Source: Candidatus Bathyarchaeia archaeon (GTDB lineage: Bacteria; Bacillota; Bacilli; Brevibacillales; Brevibacillaceae). Taken from it: a stretch of DNA of 64,000 nt. Shown here one piece after another: positions 48,719 to 57,655 of this stretch. A model generated the notes under the pieces. The model was not told the DNA's origin, searched no databases, and was given only the letters and a program-made list of their open reading frames with translations. The translations under genes and the position numbers were made by a program. Every line of letters starts with the position of its first letter. Within the stretch, counting starts at the first letter, position 1. Location of the stretch: the NCBI GenBank assembly GCA_035644815.1, contig DASQNU010000240.1, positions 11,422-75,421 on the forward strand. The letters are read 5' to 3'.

Positions 48719-48766
48719 AAAAAAAAGTCGTACCCACTTAGAATTTGAATTGGGTACAACGACTTC
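48719..48766 (-). terminator. Terminator of the organosulfur operon
   Basis: GTCGT(..)ACCCA/TGGGTACGAC stem with an A run. Confidence 0.7.
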
Positions 48767-48886
48767 TTCTCGCACATAAAAATCGGGTAATGAACATCCC
48801 TACTATCTCAATTTAATGGCTTGAAGGCAGGTGTGGATTAGGCCGATAGCAAGACCATTCCATTGATCGAATCATTCGTAAATGCT

Positions 48887-49432
48887 TTATGGCTCCAAAT
48901 AGCCGGATGTTGTATCTAACTGTAACCAATAGCTTTTTACATTCGTTTCTCCATTAAAAAAGTCTTTTTCCTGCGCTCGCGTAAACCCCAAACGCTCATA
49001 CAATTTCACGGCTGCAACCATCATGTCAGTGGTGTGGAGATGCACGGTGGCTGCGTCTTTTTCCCTCAAGCGTTTGACACATTCCCGAATCAACCGCTCT
49101 GCAATCCCATTTCCTCTTGCTTTGGGAGATACAGCCAAATATCGGATGATCGGCGTATGGATATTCAGCTCTGGCCGGTTATAAGCCACATCCGATGAAT
49201 CGAACAGTTGTACACTGCCAACAATTTCTTGTCGCCAGCAAGCTACTAGAAACGCCATGGCATGACTTCCTTCGGCTGATTCAAGAATCTCTTGCTTGTA
49301 TTGCTTCCATTTTTCAGCGCTCAGATGCTGTTCATACTGCTCGTATGATTCGATCAAGTGTTTTCTGATTTGCTCTCGGTCCTGTGTCCACGCATCGCGG
49401 ATGGTAATATCGTTTATGTAGAGTACACGCAT
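48887..49432 (-). CDS. GNAT family N-acetyltransferase
   Basis: IRYLAVSPKARGNGIA acetyl-CoA motif, AVKLYERLGF. Confidence 0.9.
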   Translation of the reverse strand: MRVLYINDITIRDAWTQDREQIRKHLIESYEQYEQHLSAEKWKQYKQEILESAEGSHAMAFLVACWRQEIVGSVQLFDSSDVAYNRPELNIHTPIIRYLAVSPKARGNGIAERLIRECVKRLREKDAATVHLHTTDMMVAAVKLYERLGFTRAQEKDFFNGETNVKSYWLQLDTTSGYLEP

Positions 49433-49459
49433 CCTATACCAGTCCTTCTTTTCAGCAAG

Positions 49460-50329
49460 TTAAAAGGCGGGGACGACAGCGACACCATATTTGTCCTCAA
49501 TGAACTTCCTCACCTCTGGTGAATGGAGAGCTTTATCCAGCTTTTTGATGTCTTCGCGGTTTTCATCTCCTTTCCGGACAACGATGACATTGGCGTAAGG
49601 AGAGTTCGCATCTTCTCGAAACAACGCGCTTTTCGGATCGATATTTGCTTCCAAAACGACGTTTGTATTGATGACTGCACCGTCAAGATCAGGCAGCGCT
49701 CTTGGCAATGTAGCGGCCTCTGCTTCCACGAATTCCAGTTTTTTCGGATTTTCTACGATATCCTTCGGGGTCGCTTCGTATGTGGTCAAACCGTCTTTCA
49801 GCTTGATCAGCCCTTGTTCCTGCAGCAGAATCAGGGCGCGGTATTCGTTGGAAGGGTTGTTGGGGATACCGATTTTCGCCCCTTCTTTGATCTCATCCTT
49901 CGTTTTCAGCTTGTCGGAATAAAAACCAATTGGCTCTACATGCACCTTTGTCGTAACGGCGAAGTCGAAGCCTTTTTCATTTTTCACCGAATCCAGATAC
50001 GGCACGTGCTGGAAAAAATTCGCGTCGATCTGGTTGTCCTTCAAGGCAGGATTAAGTTGACCTTCGTCATCCAGCACCACCACTTCCAGGTTCACGCCTT
50101 GCTCCTTCAGCTTCGGCTTGATAAACTCCAAGATCTCTGCATGGGGTACGGGTGCTGCTCCTACCTTTACCGTTTTCGTTGGCTCAGACGCTTGATTCGT
50201 GCTCGCCGCTGCAGTCGTAGCATTTACAGCTGTTCCTGCAGAATTCTGACTGTTTGAACCGCAACCCGCAAGCGCTACACTCATAATGACCAGAGCATAC
50301 CAGATGACACCAAGACTTTTCTTACCCAT
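49460..50329 (-). CDS. metQ: MetQ/NlpA family ABC substrate-binding lipoprotein
   Basis: Lipobox LAGC, PHAEIL, DANFFQH.PYL, IPNNPSN..RAL. Confidence 0.88.
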   Translation of the reverse strand: MGKKSLGVIWYALVIMSVALAGCGSNSQNSAGTAVNATTAAASTNQASEPTKTVKVGAAPVPHAEILEFIKPKLKEQGVNLEVVVLDDEGQLNPALKDNQIDANFFQHVPYLDSVKNEKGFDFAVTTKVHVEPIGFYSDKLKTKDEIKEGAKIGIPNNPSNEYRALILLQEQGLIKLKDGLTTYEATPKDIVENPKKLEFVEAEAATLPRALPDLDGAVINTNVVLEANIDPKSALFREDANSPYANVIVVRKGDENREDIKKLDKALHSPEVRKFIEDKYGVAVVPAF

Positions 50330-50370
50330 AAGTTCCACTCCCTTTTTCAATCCTGTTTATTTGTCTTACG

Positions 50371-51039
50371 CTAATCAAATTTGTAACGCTTCTTGAGTAG
50401 TGATTTGGCGACCGAATCACCGGTCCATTGGATGATTTGGACCAAGAGGATAATAAGAAGGACTGTCGAGATCAGGACGTCTTCGCGAAACCGTTGATAG
50501 CCAAAGCGAATGGCCAGACTCCCCAGACCGCCTGCACCGATGGCACCCGCTACTGCCGTGAATTCGGTGATGCCAATGATACCGATCGTAATACCACGGA
50601 CAAGAGCTGGCAGCGCTTCGGGAATCAGTACGCGGAAAATGATTGTGAACGGAGAAGCCCCTACGGATTTAGCTGCTTCAATTTTGCCTGTACTCACTTC
50701 CTTGAGTGAATTTTCAATGATCCGACTTAAAAAGGGCGCAGCCCCGATGGAAAGAGAGACAATGGCAGCTGTCGGTCCAAGAGTCGTACCAACAATGAAA
50801 CGCGATAAAGGCAAAAGCAGCACAATCAGGATGATAAACGGAAGGGACCGGACGGCATTAATGAGCGTTGCGATTGCTTTATTAAGCTTGGGCGCAGGAA
50901 AAAGGCTGCCTTTCTCTGTTACCACTAACGTAACGCCCAGCATGATCCCCATGGCGAGGGCGAACAAGGATGACCAAAACACCATGTAAAGCGTTTCGAG
51001 GAGTCCCTCCCAAAGCAAGTCAATCAGATCGCTGTTCAT
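50371..51039 (-). CDS. metI: MetI-type ABC permease
   Basis: NAVRSLPFII, EAA motif, GAIGAGGLG. Confidence 0.88.
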   Translation of the reverse strand: MNSDLIDLLWEGLLETLYMVFWSSLFALAMGIMLGVTLVVTEKGSLFPAPKLNKAIATLINAVRSLPFIILIVLLLPLSRFIVGTTLGPTAAIVSLSIGAAPFLSRIIENSLKEVSTGKIEAAKSVGASPFTIIFRVLIPEALPALVRGITIGIIGITEFTAVAGAIGAGGLGSLAIRFGYQRFREDVLISTVLLIILLVQIIQWTGDSVAKSLLKKRYKFD

Positions 51040-51821
51040 ATCCCCGCCCCGGCTCCTTCCATCACATTTCGCTTGTCACGGTAATGGTCGATGATGTGGA
51101 CAAATCGTTTGGCAGTATCACTTTGCGGATTCAGGAAAAATTTGTCCACCGTTCCCGTCTCGACGATCCTGCCCTTTTCTAGCACAGCCATGTTGTTGCA
51201 TACGTGCTGCAGCACATCCAGTTCGTGCGTGATGAGCACGATCGTTAGCTTGAGTTTCTGGTTGATCACCTTTAACAGTTCTAATATGGAGTAAGTCGTC
51301 TGCGGATCGAGTGCGGATGTCGCTTCGTCGCTCAGCAGCAAATCTGGCTGATTAACCAGCGCTCTCGCAATACCGACGCGCTGCTTTTGACCGCCACTTA
51401 ATTGGAAGGGATACGCATTCTCTTTGTCACTTAGCTGCACGAGATGTAAGATTTCCCTGACTTGTTGGTGGATGAACGGTTTCCGGTAACCGGCCACTTC
51501 CAGCGGGAAGGCCACGTTTTGATACACCGTTTTCGCATCGAGGAGGTTGAACTGCTGAAAGATCATTCCGATTTTCTGGCGTGCCTTTCGCAGCTCTTTC
51601 TCCTGCAAATCGGTGATGACCTTGTCTCCGATCTGGATGGTGCCTGAGTCCGGTTCCTCCAGCCGATTGAGGCAGCGAATCAGTGTCGATTTCCCAGCAC
51701 CGGAAAAACCGATAATCCCGAAGACATCCCCTTTTGGAATATACAGATTGATGTCTTGTAAAACAGGAATGGTGCCAGTTGTGGTTTTGTACGATTTATT
51801 GAGGTGCTGTATGTGTATCAT
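51036..51821 (-). CDS. metN: MetN-type ABC ATPase lacking the C-terminal NIL domain
   Basis: GFSGAGKST, LSGGQKQRVGIARAL, DEATSALDP; ends after about 260 aa. Confidence 0.86.
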   Translation of the reverse strand: MIHIQHLNKSYKTTTGTIPVLQDINLYIPKGDVFGIIGFSGAGKSTLIRCLNRLEEPDSGTIQIGDKVITDLQEKELRKARQKIGMIFQQFNLLDAKTVYQNVAFPLEVAGYRKPFIHQQVREILHLVQLSDKENAYPFQLSGGQKQRVGIARALVNQPDLLLSDEATSALDPQTTYSILELLKVINQKLKLTIVLITHELDVLQHVCNNMAVLEKGRIVETGTVDKFFLNPQSDTAKRFVHIIDHYRDKRNVMEGAGAGI

Positions 51822-52984
51822 CCACTCATCCTTCCCGTTAGTGCGCTTTTGGCTAATTCGGAAAAATAGCGCGCACAGATGAAAAGAGCACGTTCATCCA
51901 CCGTAAATCCGGGATGATGCCATTCCTTCGTACCAGAAGTTCCGATGAAAATGAACGAACCGGGTACTTTTTCTTGGTAGTAGGCGAAATCTTCTCCCGC
52001 AAGAGACGGTTCGGGCTCTACCACTTGCAAACCAACTTTGTGGGCAGTTTCAATCGACAGCTCTGTGAGCACAAAATCGTTTTGGACAGAAGGCGGTCCT
52101 TTAAACCACTTCAGGCTGACTTTGGCGTTATAAGCAGCTGCCACCCCTTCAATGATGGTCTGTATCCGTTTCGGTATAAGGGAGCGTACTTCTTCGTGAA
52201 ACGTGCGCACGGTCCCTTCGAGCACCACTTTGTTCGGAATGACATTCCAGGTAGTGCCACCATGGATGGTCGTCACACTGACGACAGCTTGATCCAAGGG
52301 GCTGATGTTTCTACTGACAATGGATTGCAAAGCCGTTACCATTTGTGCGGCAGCAACAATCGGGTCAATGCCTGTATGCGGAATCGCGGCGTGTGTGCCG
52401 AGTCCCTCCACGACGATTTCGAAGCCGTCCACACTCGCCATCATGGCTCCCGATTTTATCCCGATCGTTCCGACTTCCAGATCGGGCTTATTATGCAACC
52501 CGAAGATCGCTTGAACACCCCTGAGTGCTCCTCTATCGATCAGAAGGGATGCCCCCGTTCCTTTTTCTTCTGCTGGCTGAAACAGGAATCGCACCGTTCC
52601 TGGCAGTGTGTCTTCCTGTTGTTTTAATAGAAAAGCGGCTCCAAGAATGACCGCGGCATGAAAATCATGGCCGCATGCATGCATATTTCCGAAGATTCTG
52701 GATGCATACGGAAGACCCGTCTCTTCTTGAATCGGCAATGCGTCGACATCCGCACGTAAGGCTATGATCGGGCCGTCATGTTTGCTCCCCACCTCTGCGA
52801 TTACGCCGGTTGGTAAGGAGAGATCGACAATCCGTATATCCGCCTCTTCCAGCCAACCGCGAATCGACTTGGTTGTTTCGAACTCTTCATTGGCCACTTC
52901 CGGGTATTGATGGAGGTGCCTGCGAATGGTAATCAGCTTTGTCTCCAATTCGATTGCTGCAGTTTCATGTGTTCGAGTCCCCAC
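51818..52984 (-). CDS. M20 amidohydrolase (YxeP/ScmP-like N-acetylcysteine deacetylase)
   Basis: RADVDALP, MHACGHDFH, FQPAEE, GEDF, WHHP. Confidence 0.88.
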   Translation of the reverse strand: MGTRTHETAAIELETKLITIRRHLHQYPEVANEEFETTKSIRGWLEEADIRIVDLSLPTGVIAEVGSKHDGPIIALRADVDALPIQEETGLPYASRIFGNMHACGHDFHAAVILGAAFLLKQQEDTLPGTVRFLFQPAEEKGTGASLLIDRGALRGVQAIFGLHNKPDLEVGTIGIKSGAMMASVDGFEIVVEGLGTHAAIPHTGIDPIVAAAQMVTALQSIVSRNISPLDQAVVSVTTIHGGTTWNVIPNKVVLEGTVRTFHEEVRSLIPKRIQTIIEGVAAAYNAKVSLKWFKGPPSVQNDFVLTELSIETAHKVGLQVVEPEPSLAGEDFAYYQEKVPGSFIFIGTSGTKEWHHPGFTVDERALFICARYFSELAKSALTGRMSG

Positions 52985-53001
52985 TCCTTTCTCTCCTTTC
53001 T

Positions 53002-54354
53002 TCAGAATTTCACTTGGGTCAATGGCCGGCGTTGTTTCACTAAACGATTTTCTGGCTTGCGCAGCCCCAAATGATCACGCAGTGTGTCCCCTTCGTAATC
53101 CAAACGATATAAGCCTCTGTCCTGTAAAATCGGAATCACTTTATCGACGAATGCTTCCAGCCCTTGCGGAAGTATCGGAGCGATGAACATAAATCCGTCC
53201 GCTGCTCCCTCTGTAAACCATTTCTCCAACACATTTGCGATCTGGACCGGTGTGCCGATCGATTCCCGGTTGGCTCCCCCTTCCAACAAAGTGTACAGCT
53301 CGCGCAAGGTGGGGTTCTTCTTTCTGATCAGTTCCGTCATCCATTCAAAGTGACTCTGAATGCCGTTATCTGTGGGAAAGTCGACTTCTGCCGCCGGGGT
53401 GTCCAGGGTGTATTTGCTAAAATCAACTTTGCCCAGATATCCAGACAAAAAGCGCAAGCCTTGCTCGGGCAGCAAAAGATCCTGTAATTGTCGGTGAATG
53501 GCATCGGCTTCTTCCTGCGTATCCGCGATGATTGGGGATATGCCTTGGAGGATGTGGAGTTCATCCGGTGTACGGCCATATGCAAAGAGTCTGCTTTTCA
53601 GACTTTGATAGAACGCTTTTGCTCTGGCGAAATCCTTCACATGTGAAAAGACGACTTCTGCTGTACGTGCAGCCAATCGCTGCCCCGGCTCGGAAGCACC
53701 TGCTTGCACGATTACGGGCTGACCTTGTTTGGAGCGGCCGATGTTAAGCGGGCCCTGGACGGAGTAGTACTTTCCTTTGTAATGCAGCCGATGCATTTTT
53801 GCTGGATCAAAGAAAACACCCGTTTCTTTGTCCTGTACGAATGCATCGTCCTCCCAAGAATCCCATAATCCTTGGACCACATCGATGAACTCTTCAGCGC
53901 GTTCATACCGATGATCGTGCTCCACATGGGCCTCGCGACTGAAATTGCGGCCGGTTTCACCAGTGGCATCACCGGTTGTGACCATATTCCAGCCCGCACG
54001 ACCGCCGCTGATATGGTCGACGGAAGCAAACAGTCGTGCCAAATTGTACGGCTCATGATAGGTGGTCGAAGCCGTAGCGACCAGTCCGATTTTTGACGTA
54101 GCTCCAGCCAATGCGGCAAGCAAAGTCGTCGGTTCAAAGCGATTCAAAATATTCGGATGGGAGTCTTCATTTACGGCCAAGCTATCTGCGATAAAGGCGA
54201 TATCAAACTTTCCGCGTTCTGCCGTCTGTGCCAAGCGTTTGTAGAACTCGAGATCGATACTCGCGTTTTTTGGTGCGGAAGGCAATCGCCACGATGCTAC
54301 ATGTATACCTGTACCCACCAAGTAAGCGGATAAGTGAATCTGCCTCTTTGTCAT
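53002..54354 (-). CDS. NtaA/DmoA family flavin-dependent monooxygenase (YxeK-like)
   Basis: [38 protein letters not shown]. Confidence 0.88.
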   Translation of the reverse strand: MTKRQIHLSAYLVGTGIHVASWRLPSAPKNASIDLEFYKRLAQTAERGKFDIAFIADSLAVNEDSHPNILNRFEPTTLLAALAGATSKIGLVATASTTYHEPYNLARLFASVDHISGGRAGWNMVTTGDATGETGRNFSREAHVEHDHRYERAEEFIDVVQGLWDSWEDDAFVQDKETGVFFDPAKMHRLHYKGKYYSVQGPLNIGRSKQGQPVIVQAGASEPGQRLAARTAEVVFSHVKDFARAKAFYQSLKSRLFAYGRTPDELHILQGISPIIADTQEEADAIHRQLQDLLLPEQGLRFLSGYLGKVDFSKYTLDTPAAEVDFPTDNGIQSHFEWMTELIRKKNPTLRELYTLLEGGANRESIGTPVQIANVLEKWFTEGAADGFMFIAPILPQGLEAFVDKVIPILQDRGLYRLDYEGDTLRDHLGLRKPENRLVKQRRPLTQVKF

Positions 54355-54399
54355 GAGCGTCTCTTCCTTTCCTTCAGCATCATTCAACGGTCAGCACCG

Positions 54400-55236
54400 C
54401 TAGTTTTTGTAGGCATCTTTGAAGTTTTTCAGTTCTTCTACCGAGACTTGGGTCGGAATGTAGTTCCCTTTGTACGTTTCGGTGATAAAGTCCGATACCT
54501 CTTTTGATTGATAGATGGCCACCAGCTTCTTCAGGTCCTCCCGATTCTCATTGTTCTTGGTAGTTGCGATCACATTGATATATGGCTTTGCAGTCTGTTT
54601 CTCATGAAAGATCGCGTCTTTTAAAAGGAAACCAGCTTCCACTGCGATCCCGTTATTGATAATCGAGGCGGCGACATCTTTCATGACACGTGGCGTATTC
54701 GCGCCCTCCACCGGGACAATCTCGAGATTTTTGGGATTTTCCTTGATTTTGTCTTCCCCGCCAAAACCATCGAAATTGTCCACGACCTTGATGAGTCCAG
54801 CTTCCTGCAAAAGAACCAGCGATCGTCCCCAGTTTGAGTCATCATTCGGTACCGCGATCTTCGCATTGTCCGGAATGTCTTCGATTTTTTTGTATTTATC
54901 CGAATAAATACCGAGGGGGGCAATAATGGTCGACCCGACCGGTACGATGTCCGAATTGTTCTTCGTATTAAATTGGTCGAGGAAAGCAACGTGCTGAAAA
55001 GCATTCGCGTCGATGTCTCCTTCGAGCAGGACTGTGTTCGGATTCACATTCGCATTAAACTGCACCACTTCAATGTGCAGACCTTGTTTTTCCGCTTGCG
55101 CCTTCACGAAATCCCACGTACGGCTTTCCGATCCCCGGATACCAATTTTCAGTCTTGATTCTTCCGCTTGCGTAGCGCAACCTGCTGCCACCAGCGAGAT
55201 GATTGCCATGAAGAAGAACATCGCTAATTTTTTCAT
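54400..55236 (-). CDS. metQ: MetQ/NlpA family lipoprotein (second copy)
   Basis: Lipobox AAGC, DANAFQH, PNDDSNWGRSL. Confidence 0.88.
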   Translation of the reverse strand: MKKLAMFFFMAIISLVAAGCATQAEESRLKIGIRGSESRTWDFVKAQAEKQGLHIEVVQFNANVNPNTVLLEGDIDANAFQHVAFLDQFNTKNNSDIVPVGSTIIAPLGIYSDKYKKIEDIPDNAKIAVPNDDSNWGRSLVLLQEAGLIKVVDNFDGFGGEDKIKENPKNLEIVPVEGANTPRVMKDVAASIINNGIAVEAGFLLKDAIFHEKQTAKPYINVIATTKNNENREDLKKLVAIYQSKEVSDFITETYKGNYIPTQVSVEELKNFKDAYKN

Positions 55237-55264
55237 AAATGAATCTCTCCTGTCTTTTCTTGCG

Positions 55265-55915
55265 TTATTTCCGCCGGATCTTTCGTGCCAGGACGTTACC
55301 GAAGGATTGTAAGCTTTGCACCATGATGACCAGAATGACAACGGTCGTGACAATCGTAATGGTGCTAAACCGCTGGTGTCCGTAAGTAATGGCTAGATCA
55401 CCAATACCACCGCCACCGACTGCACCCGCCATTGCTGTTGCACCGATCAAGCCTATCGTAGCGGTCGTAATGCTGAGGACGAGAGAGCCAAGGGTTTCCG
55501 GGATGAGAAAGCGGAAAATGATTTGCAGCGGAGTTGCTCCCATCGCTTCAGCCGCTTCGATGATTCCTGCATTCACTTCCAGCAAGGAGTTTTCTACCAA
55601 ACGGGCGATGTATGGCCCCGTGTAGATGACCAAAGGCACAATCGCTGCTGTCGTACCAATGGAGGTTCCGACGATTAGTCTCGTAAAAGGAATGATCGCC
55701 ACCAGCAAAATGATGAATGGTACAGAGCGAAACACATTGATGATGGGATTCAAGATCGAAAAGACGGCTTGATTCTCTAAAATATGTCCCTTGCGTGTAA
55801 CGACCAATAATATGCCCAGCGGAAGGCCGATCACCGTCGCAAACACCAATGAGACACCCACCATATAGAGCGTTTCGTAGATCGCTTGGATGACTTGAGC
55901 AGAAGTGACTTCCAT
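55265..55915 (-). CDS. metI: MetI-type ABC permease (second copy)
   Basis: NVFRSVPFII, EAAEAMGA, GAVGGGGIG. Confidence 0.88.
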   Translation of the reverse strand: MEVTSAQVIQAIYETLYMVGVSLVFATVIGLPLGILLVVTRKGHILENQAVFSILNPIINVFRSVPFIILLVAIIPFTRLIVGTSIGTTAAIVPLVIYTGPYIARLVENSLLEVNAGIIEAAEAMGATPLQIIFRFLIPETLGSLVLSITTATIGLIGATAMAGAVGGGGIGDLAITYGHQRFSTITIVTTVVILVIMVQSLQSFGNVLARKIRRK

Positions 55916-55917
55916 CG

Positions 55918-57018
55918 TTACAGGATCTCCTTTACAATGGCATTTTGTTGGAGCATAAACTGATACGCACGAGTAATTTCTGGTTCACTGCCTTGCAGTT
56001 CGACGATCAAGTTTCCAAACGGTGTTCCTTGCAGCTCCGTGATGTTTCCGAACAACACATTGGCATCGCAATGGAACCGTTTTGCCACTTGAGAGATCAT
56101 CGGTTGACCCGAGTGTTCGCCGATAAACTGAATCTTGAAGATTCTCGATTGCCCCCGGTTGACTTCCAGAATCCTGAATACGCTGGGGGGAATATCATCC
56201 CGAACAACCGATTTGACAAAATTACGAGCCGTCTCGGTCTGTGGATTCGCGAATACATCGAGTACATTTCCCAGTTCTATCACTTCGCCTTGACTCATGA
56301 CTGCTACTCTGTTGCAAACTTCTTTGATGACATTCATTTCATGGGTGATCATGAGGATGGTAATGTTGTACTCCTTGTTCACTCTTTTTAACAGTTGCAG
56401 GATGGACGCTGTTGTTTCCGGATCCAAAGCCGATGTGGCTTCGTCGCACAAGAGAATCGACGGATTCGTCGCAAGTGCCCTGGCGATTCCCACCCTCTGC
56501 TTTTGCCCGCCGGATAGCTGATCCGGATAATTCTTCGCTTTCTCTGTCAATCCAACAAACGACAATAACTCGATGACACGATCTTGTATCTGTTTTTTCG
56601 GTGTCTGACTGAGGATAAGCGGCATCGCCACATTTTCAAACACTGTCTTCGTCTCCAATAGGTGAAACTGCTGAAAAATCATCCCGATATCCTTCTTGGT
56701 GTTTCGGAGTTCTTTCACGGATAATTTCGTTACATCTTTACCATCGACAATCACTTTGCCCGATGTGGGGCGTTCTAGCAGGTTCACGGTACGAAGCAAG
56801 GTACTTTTCCCCGCACCGCTAAAGCCGATGACGCCGAAGATGTCTCCTTTTTTCACGGTAAAGGTTACGCCTTTTAAGGCCACGGTTGTTTTTTCGTTGC
56901 TTGTAAATACTTTATGAACATCGTGAAATTCGATCATGCTGGTGTTTGTTTCACTATGGATGCCAATAGGTGAATGTGTCGTAATCGTTGTTTCCAGAAC
57001 ACTCGGACCGTTCCCCAT
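55918..57018 (-). CDS. metN: MetN-type ABC ATPase with C-terminal NIL domain
   Basis: Walker A, signature and Walker B motifs plus C-terminal FIGEHSGQPMISQV..NVLFGNI; AGGAGG RBS at 57018. Confidence 0.9.
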   Translation of the reverse strand: MGNGPSVLETTITTHSPIGIHSETNTSMIEFHDVHKVFTSNEKTTVALKGVTFTVKKGDIFGVIGFSGAGKSTLLRTVNLLERPTSGKVIVDGKDVTKLSVKELRNTKKDIGMIFQQFHLLETKTVFENVAMPLILSQTPKKQIQDRVIELLSFVGLTEKAKNYPDQLSGGQKQRVGIARALATNPSILLCDEATSALDPETTASILQLLKRVNKEYNITILMITHEMNVIKEVCNRVAVMSQGEVIELGNVLDVFANPQTETARNFVKSVVRDDIPPSVFRILEVNRGQSRIFKIQFIGEHSGQPMISQVAKRFHCDANVLFGNITELQGTPFGNLIVELQGSEPEITRAYQFMLQQNAIVKEIL

Positions 57019-57043
57019 CCCTTTTCCTCCTAACCATTTGACT

Positions 57044-57307
57044 TTACTTGATGGATAATAGCGACTCGAGGCGATCCAGCTCTGTATAACGCAAAGCCTC
57101 ATATTTGCCGTTTCCGCCGATTTCAACGACCGGAATGTAACGAGTGCCATATTTGATTTCCAGCACATCACGGAGAACGTCTTTTCCTTCCACATCAATC
57201 CATTCGTACGGGTGATTTTGTGCTTCCAAAACCGCCTTGACATCGGAGCAATACGAGCTACCGTTTTTTCCCCATAAGATCACTTTTTGTTTTGTTGACA
57301 TGTACAT
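57044..57307 (-). CDS. Glutaredoxin-like protein (YtnI/CmoI-like)
   Basis: WGKNGSSYCSDVK..IDV..RDVLEIKYG.RYIPVVEIG. Confidence 0.8.
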   Translation of the reverse strand: MYMSTKQKVILWGKNGSSYCSDVKAVLEAQNHPYEWIDVEGKDVLRDVLEIKYGTRYIPVVEIGGNGKYEALRYTELDRLESLLSIK

Positions 57308-57337
57308 TTCCTCCCTCTCCCTGATTACTGACCATCG

Positions 57338-57396
57338 AAAACAAAAAAAGACTCCCTGCCTTGGATTGGCAGGAAGTCTCCAGTTGACTGGTCGAC
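57338..57396 (-). promoter_or_regulatory. Leader attenuator 1: conserved hairpin overlapping an intrinsic terminator
   Basis: GTCGACCAGTCAACTGGAGAC (57396-57376) overlaps the GACTTCCTGCC/GGCAGGGAGTC-U7 terminator. Confidence 0.75.
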
Positions 57397-57404
57397 TAAC
57401 AAAT

Positions 57405-57456
57405 TAATTCATATCGGATTACTTGGGATATTACCATCCTCCATCTTTTCCGTCAA
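57405..57456 (-). promoter_or_regulatory. SigmaA promoter of the leftward operon with a CymR-like box
   Basis: TTGACG-17-TAATAT; TATCCCAAGTAATCCGATATGAATTA overlaps -10/+1. Confidence 0.65.
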
Positions 57457-57504
57457 CCATATTTTCCTTGAGAATGATGAGCAATCCGAACGATCAAGTA
57501 GCCA

Positions 57505-57555
57505 TTGACAACATGGTGATTTACCGATAAAATCCAAGCAAATAACTAGGAAAAC
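57505..57555 (+). promoter_or_regulatory. SigmaA promoter of the rightward monooxygenase with a CymR-like box
   Basis: TTGACA-17-TAAAAT; AAATCCAAGCAAATAACTAGGAAAA overlaps -10/+1. Confidence 0.65.
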
Positions 57556-57568
57556 AAAATCAAGTGCT

Positions 57569-57631
57569 GCCGACTGGACAATCAGAGGCCCCTTTTAGAA
57601 GAGTTTCGACTTCGAAGGGGGCTCTTTTTTT
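57569..57631 (+). promoter_or_regulatory. Leader attenuator 2: conserved hairpin overlapping an intrinsic terminator
   Basis: GCCGACTGGACAATCAGAGGC (57569-57589) overlaps the AGAGGCCCCTT../..AAGGGGGCTCT-U terminator. Confidence 0.75.
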
Positions 57632-57655
57632 ATTCATCATTAGGAGGGAAGAAAA

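Noticed and set aside
57555-57600. S-box (SAM-I) riboswitch suggested by ATCAAG and GACTGG words in a sulfur-gene leader
   Set aside because: The leader is far too short and lacks P1-P4 and the other conserved SAM-I elements; no T-box motif either.
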